64,000 nucleotides of DNA from Azolla caroliniana. Its lineage: Eukaryota > Plantae > Polypodiophyta. The DNA is taken from assembly GCA_043228905.1 (NCBI GenBank), contig JBHGNT010000022.1, positions 7,626,001 through 7,690,000 on the forward strand, in the 5' to 3' direction. The notes below the pieces were generated by a model that had not been told where the DNA came from, ran no database searches, and saw only the letters and a list, made by a program, of their open reading frames with translations. The number at the start of each line of letters is the position of its first letter. The first letter of the stretch is position 1. Shown one piece after another: positions 59,131 through 64,000 of the stretch. The position numbers and the translations under genes were made by a program.

Positions 59131-62100
59131 TCCTATGAAAATTATGCTCGCGTGTGTGAATGTCGAGCAAGACCATTAACGACTTGAACTAGAGAAGATG
59201 GCTAGTCAATGATTTTGGTTATGAAAGGTTTGTATCTCATAACTCATGATCAAGTTAGAGTATAGATTGATCTGACAAATAAATGTTCATACTTGATCAC
59301 TTCGTATGATTGTGTTTACTTGCAATGAAGACGGGGTTGTCATCCTTAGCTCAACCGATGTGTTTCTCTTTCTCCTTTATTCACCTTCCATGTAGCTCCT
59401 TTTCAAGAAACGCAAGCAAGAAGGGCACTCACCCTTTTTGCCTTTCCTTGCCTTTGTGGCATTCTAGTGAAAGGAAAGATTCAACGAATTCCATGGGATA
59501 ATTGGTTTCCCCAATGGCTTTCAACCTTTGGGTGAAGCAATTTCCTAAAAATTTAAGGACCTAGCATGGAAATTTTGCTTGCCCATATTCATAGAATTTT
59601 TGTCGCCCACGATTACAAAGGTTGTCTAATTGAAGGGTTCCCGTTTTCTCATAATCGAGTGTTTATTAAATTTTACTTTTTTGTAATTTTTCATCTATGA
59701 TTTGAATTTTAAAGCCAAAAATGTTTTTGCAATCCCTACGAAATTAGTTCACTAATTGCTTGGATGTATAGAGTTAAAACGCTATTAATGTTGGTAGAAA
59801 TAAGTCTTTGTAAATAGTTTTTCTTTTAAGTCTCAAATTTGGTGAACCAATTACTTGGATGTATGTATAGAGTGGAAACATTGTTCCTATTAGAGTAGAA
59901 ATGAGTTTTTAATGTAGTTTTCCTCCTTCTATTATTGGTGCGTTTATAACTCTTGTCAACTAATTCATATCATTATTACACAATTAATTCTAGACCTCAA
60001 AAGTTCTTAGGGTTTACGAAATGAATACAAGAAGGGCAAGGTTATAATAGAGTACAAAATAAATCAAAGAAGCAACATTATCTAGATGAGGCTTAGCAAC
60101 AATATCACAATAAGATTCCTTACAACCGGAGCTATAACTCAAGAGCTCTTGTTAAGAATCTAATACTAATCAATAGACCAAGTTAAATAGCAGAAAATTG
60201 AATAGATTGGATAGAAGAATCCAATCCTCTTGATTATCCCCAAGCTATGATCAAGACATAGTCAACCAACTAATAACATCCCATACTGACGAATATTATA
60301 ATGATACTACATTGGAAGAGGTAACATGATTGTCACGATGAAAACATAGCCCTCACCACTAGTGTATGAAGACTTCAACCTTATATGAGGGTAGCTAAGC
60401 CTCATACTAATACTTCTTCCTAGTCCCCTTGAATATACACTTTTCTAAAAGGCTCTCTACCCATTGGTTGTCAAGATTATGATAATGCACTCATTTATTA
60501 TTCCTCTATTCAATAACATTAGTAAACGTACCATTCACCAATGTTTTGTAAATATTGATGACCTACCCTCATCAATGCTATGTACTAATAACATATATGA
60601 GCAAATCTAGATACAAAATAGGAAACCAAGTGAGTGAGAAAGCATTCTAAACTACATTTTCTTTTAAAATAGGTTGTTAGTCCTAATGATCACCCATCAT
60701 ATGCATCTCCCTTTTTGTCTATGCCATTTGTGAGGGTTTGTTATGAGTCCTAATCAATCAATCAAATATACACCCTTATATTTGGACTCTTTAATTGAGA
60801 AGAGGTAGACCCCCCTTCTTCCAACATGTATAATGGCTTGTGAGAGGTGTATAGGCTCATATCTTACATAGTATTGCATATGTTACGCCAAATTATAAAA
60901 CTTCATTTTCTTCTTTGAATTATAAATGCTACATGTCATCGTTTTGTTCACCATTTACAATAGTTCTTCTACATGTTTGTGTGACATTCTATTTAAGGTG
61001 AAATGAGGCATTAGGGCATGTACAACTTTGTGAGTTTGAGTTTGTCACTTTATTCAATACTCCACCTTAGATCAATTCGAGTTTGTTTACATTTCTCTCA
61101 TGGTCATAATATGTACTGTCAATTGCAATGTTCATCAATAAAATTCTTAAGCATTGAGAATCATTAACCTCAACACATATTTCTTCATTTACAATTCAAC
61201 AATACGATTCTCTGTGTATAACAAATAGTAGTATCACATGAGTAGGTCACGTTTATTTTTATTTTCTCCAAAAAATAAACTCCTTCCATTAGTTATAAAA
61301 TATTATAGATGAGAATGTTATATACAAATCCCAATAGGGACGCGATAGTTCCATCTTGTGTGGAGGCCCACTGACTCAAAAAAGGGAGAGGACGACCATT
61401 GTTGGATGAAGGCTAATCGTTGTCTTTTGGCTCCATTAGTTCCACTCGTGAGGCTATCGTATTGACTCATGTTTATTGGCCATCTTGTAAGCTGGAATAC
61501 TTTGATAAAAGCACAAGTTGAATGGATATTAGAGAAATGTAAAATGCCATATTAAAAGTGGTTGAATTTGCCACTTTATATAAGATTGTGAACCATACAA
61601 TCTAAACTTATTTATTGGCCTTGAAAGGAAATTATTCAAACATCTTTAGAAAAGGAAATGTCATAGAAAAGGCCTTGTCTCATGTCTTCATTATTACATG
61701 AAATGGTCGAAAGATAATTCAAATATTGTGAAGGAATTTGTTGCCCCCTAAAGAGCATTTATTTCTTTGGCGAGACTTACATGTGATCTTGCCTAAATTA
61801 TTTGGCAATTTGCAAAAGGTGTGTACAAACAAATGAAACTTTTTTAAGTTGCAATCAACTCATTCAACCTTCACTTGGTTCACTTCCCATCACTTCTTTC
61901 TAGCTCTTTGGCTTTTCATGGAACAATGAACTAGTTGATATCTTCTTTCCATATAAAGTTTGATATTAAGCTACATGAGAATATAGTATATTCACAATGA
62001 ACCACGTTTTGGGAGATCTAGTTTTTATCTATAATTGTAAGCTATATAGTTTTTTGATCATGGATACCATATCAAGTCTATTTCATGAGGGTTACACATA

Positions 62101-64000
62101 TGATATGAACATTATTCAGTACGTAGTGTTTGTATCATACATGAAATTTATGCTATCAACAATGCAACCTTTGATTAAATAGGTGATGATTTCATATATG
62201 TGATTATAATGCATCGGTCACACAAAAACCATGTTAAAAAGCATTGCATCTATTGAAATGTTCTAGGGAGGTCCGCTTACAAGGGATATCGAATTAAAAA
62301 CATTGGATGCTGCTAATGATCTTCATGGTTTCTAAGAAAGTGTTTTGATGTGAATGGCAAGTTGATTAGTTTTGTGTCATTGAAGGAAGGGAAATGCCAT
62401 TTTTGTCTATTCTTGTAAGACATTATCAAAATATCTTGGTTACGAAAAATCAAAGCAATGAATTTTCTTAGTTGCCATTCATTTTTCATCATTTTAGTAC
62501 TATGCGTGAAATGAGGAGAATGTTTGCAAATTGCTTCATGATAGAGAGAGTTATGACAATATCACGTCAAATTTGAATGTTTTTGAATGCATGAGTAAAT
62601 CCATTGTAGCGTTTTATGATCTGGTATTCGTGACGTTCATTTGCCATTGTGTTTGTTTCATTGTATTATAATAACGATGCAAAATGTTGTTGATGTGCAA
62701 ATTGAGGTTGTGATTACTATAATGTCGGCAATATAATCGAGCTTATCATCTTGTTGCAGTTAATTGTAATCATGATCATTCTTACTCTTACAATATTGAA
62801 TTATTGGATTGGTTTTGTGGTCCCTCTTATCATGGGTAACGTGTTCATCATATCATGAAATGATTTAAATATTCACCAACTTGAATCTTGTGCGTGTTAA
62901 ATAATCATCATGATTCACATGATTGTATACTACCTTGTTGTATTAAAAAGCATATATGAAATTGTTTTATTAAAATATCCATCTTGGTACCACTAGAATG
63001 TAAACAAGAATCTACCACCAATTGCCAAAGGAACCTCAAGGAATCCTCAAAGTTGTAAAAATTGAACTAAAACTAACATTTTAAGAAGAAATGATAAGTT
63101 TGCAACATGTTATGCATAGTAACTTGAACAGTTCCTTAGCATCAACTAAAGAAGCATTGTTGTGTTGAAATTCCAAACCTTAGGTTGTGAAACAAGTGGG
63201 TATATATCCATAACAAAAAGTTTGCTTGCTCTTGGACAAGATAAAAATATGGACTATTTGAGTATGTAGAATGTATCTCAAGTTTCAACCAATACTAGAG
63301 TTGTTAGGTTTGAGCCCATTGCCTCAATGCAATAAATAATGCGGCTTACCAATTAACATCCAACAATAATTTGTAATTTATTTACCATCTTGTAATTTTG
63401 CAATCACTAAATGGTAAATTTTGGGTTTGCATTTCCATTGTGTATACACAATATGTATACATGTGATCATGTATTTTGTTTGTGCATGCAAATGCGTATG
63501 CTAGATCAATAAAGAAGGTACCAAGTAAACCTATATGTATGTGTATGGGAATGCTAGATAGCTAAAAAAGGTATCAATGAGAACTCCACATTGTTGTCAA
63601 AAGAAATAAAAGCAAAAAGTAGATAGGAATTATAAAAAAACACTATTTAAGGTTGTAGCTATTTAAAAGCTGCTAGCAAACTAAATGTTAACAAATAAAA
63701 CCCACAAAGTTATGCGTAACATTCATAATCTACATGTAACCTATCTATTTACCCAATAGAAAAGTAGAACAACATAAAGCTCTTAAAAGAAATACTAACA
63801 ACTGTACGAAATTAATCTATGTTGACATAATTATTTTGTTTAAGAGCTGACAAAAAGAGGATTACAACATAAGATGTTGAGTGATCTCATCATTTATCCA
63901 AATGATAGAATTATCAATGGACATAGAAATATCAAATATAAAAACTAGGACATGTTACATAAGTTTCTGTGCATGGGAGATAATTACCTAGTCTACATAG

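Noticed and set aside
59200-64000. Genes or DNA transposons in the AT-rich right end
   Set aside because: No long ORF, terminal repeat or motif that I could recognise; probably old TE debris, left unannotated.

Overview
Eukaryotic, intron-containing land-plant DNA. A fern or other seed-free plant is my guess from the PIF motif set and TE landscape, but this is inference only. Bases ~6-18 kb hold two intact, convergent host genes: a 7-exon phytochrome-interacting-factor (PIF) bHLH gene (+) with APB and APA motifs, and a 6-exon neprosin-family glutamic peptidase gene (-). The rest is transposon-derived: L1 3' fragments, solo LTRs, decayed Copia/Gypsy remnants and a ~33-kb nest. The nest order is truncated Copia LTR F < Copia E1 < Gypsy A < Gypsy C < Copia D; the A, C and D insertions are fixed by target-site duplications (TSDs). 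A non-autonomous gag-only element B sits in A's 5' LTR. The most unusual items: (1) element B has a tRNA-Trp primer-binding site (PBS), a 4-bp TSD, a tRNA-like A/B-box cassette and repeated covarying stem-loops in its LTR, and a Trp-rich ORF tail; (2) Gypsy A and C share a ~820-aa extra 3' ORF and both have a spaced CAC-N4-GTG motif where the polypurine tract (PPT) should be; (3) TATA boxes sit in inverted-repeat loops in several LTR families, with compensatory changes; (4) Copia D has TG...TA LTR ends. A ~2-kb near-identical inverted duplication around the 100-N gap is probably an assembly artefact. All alignments and counts were done by eye; no database searches were run.
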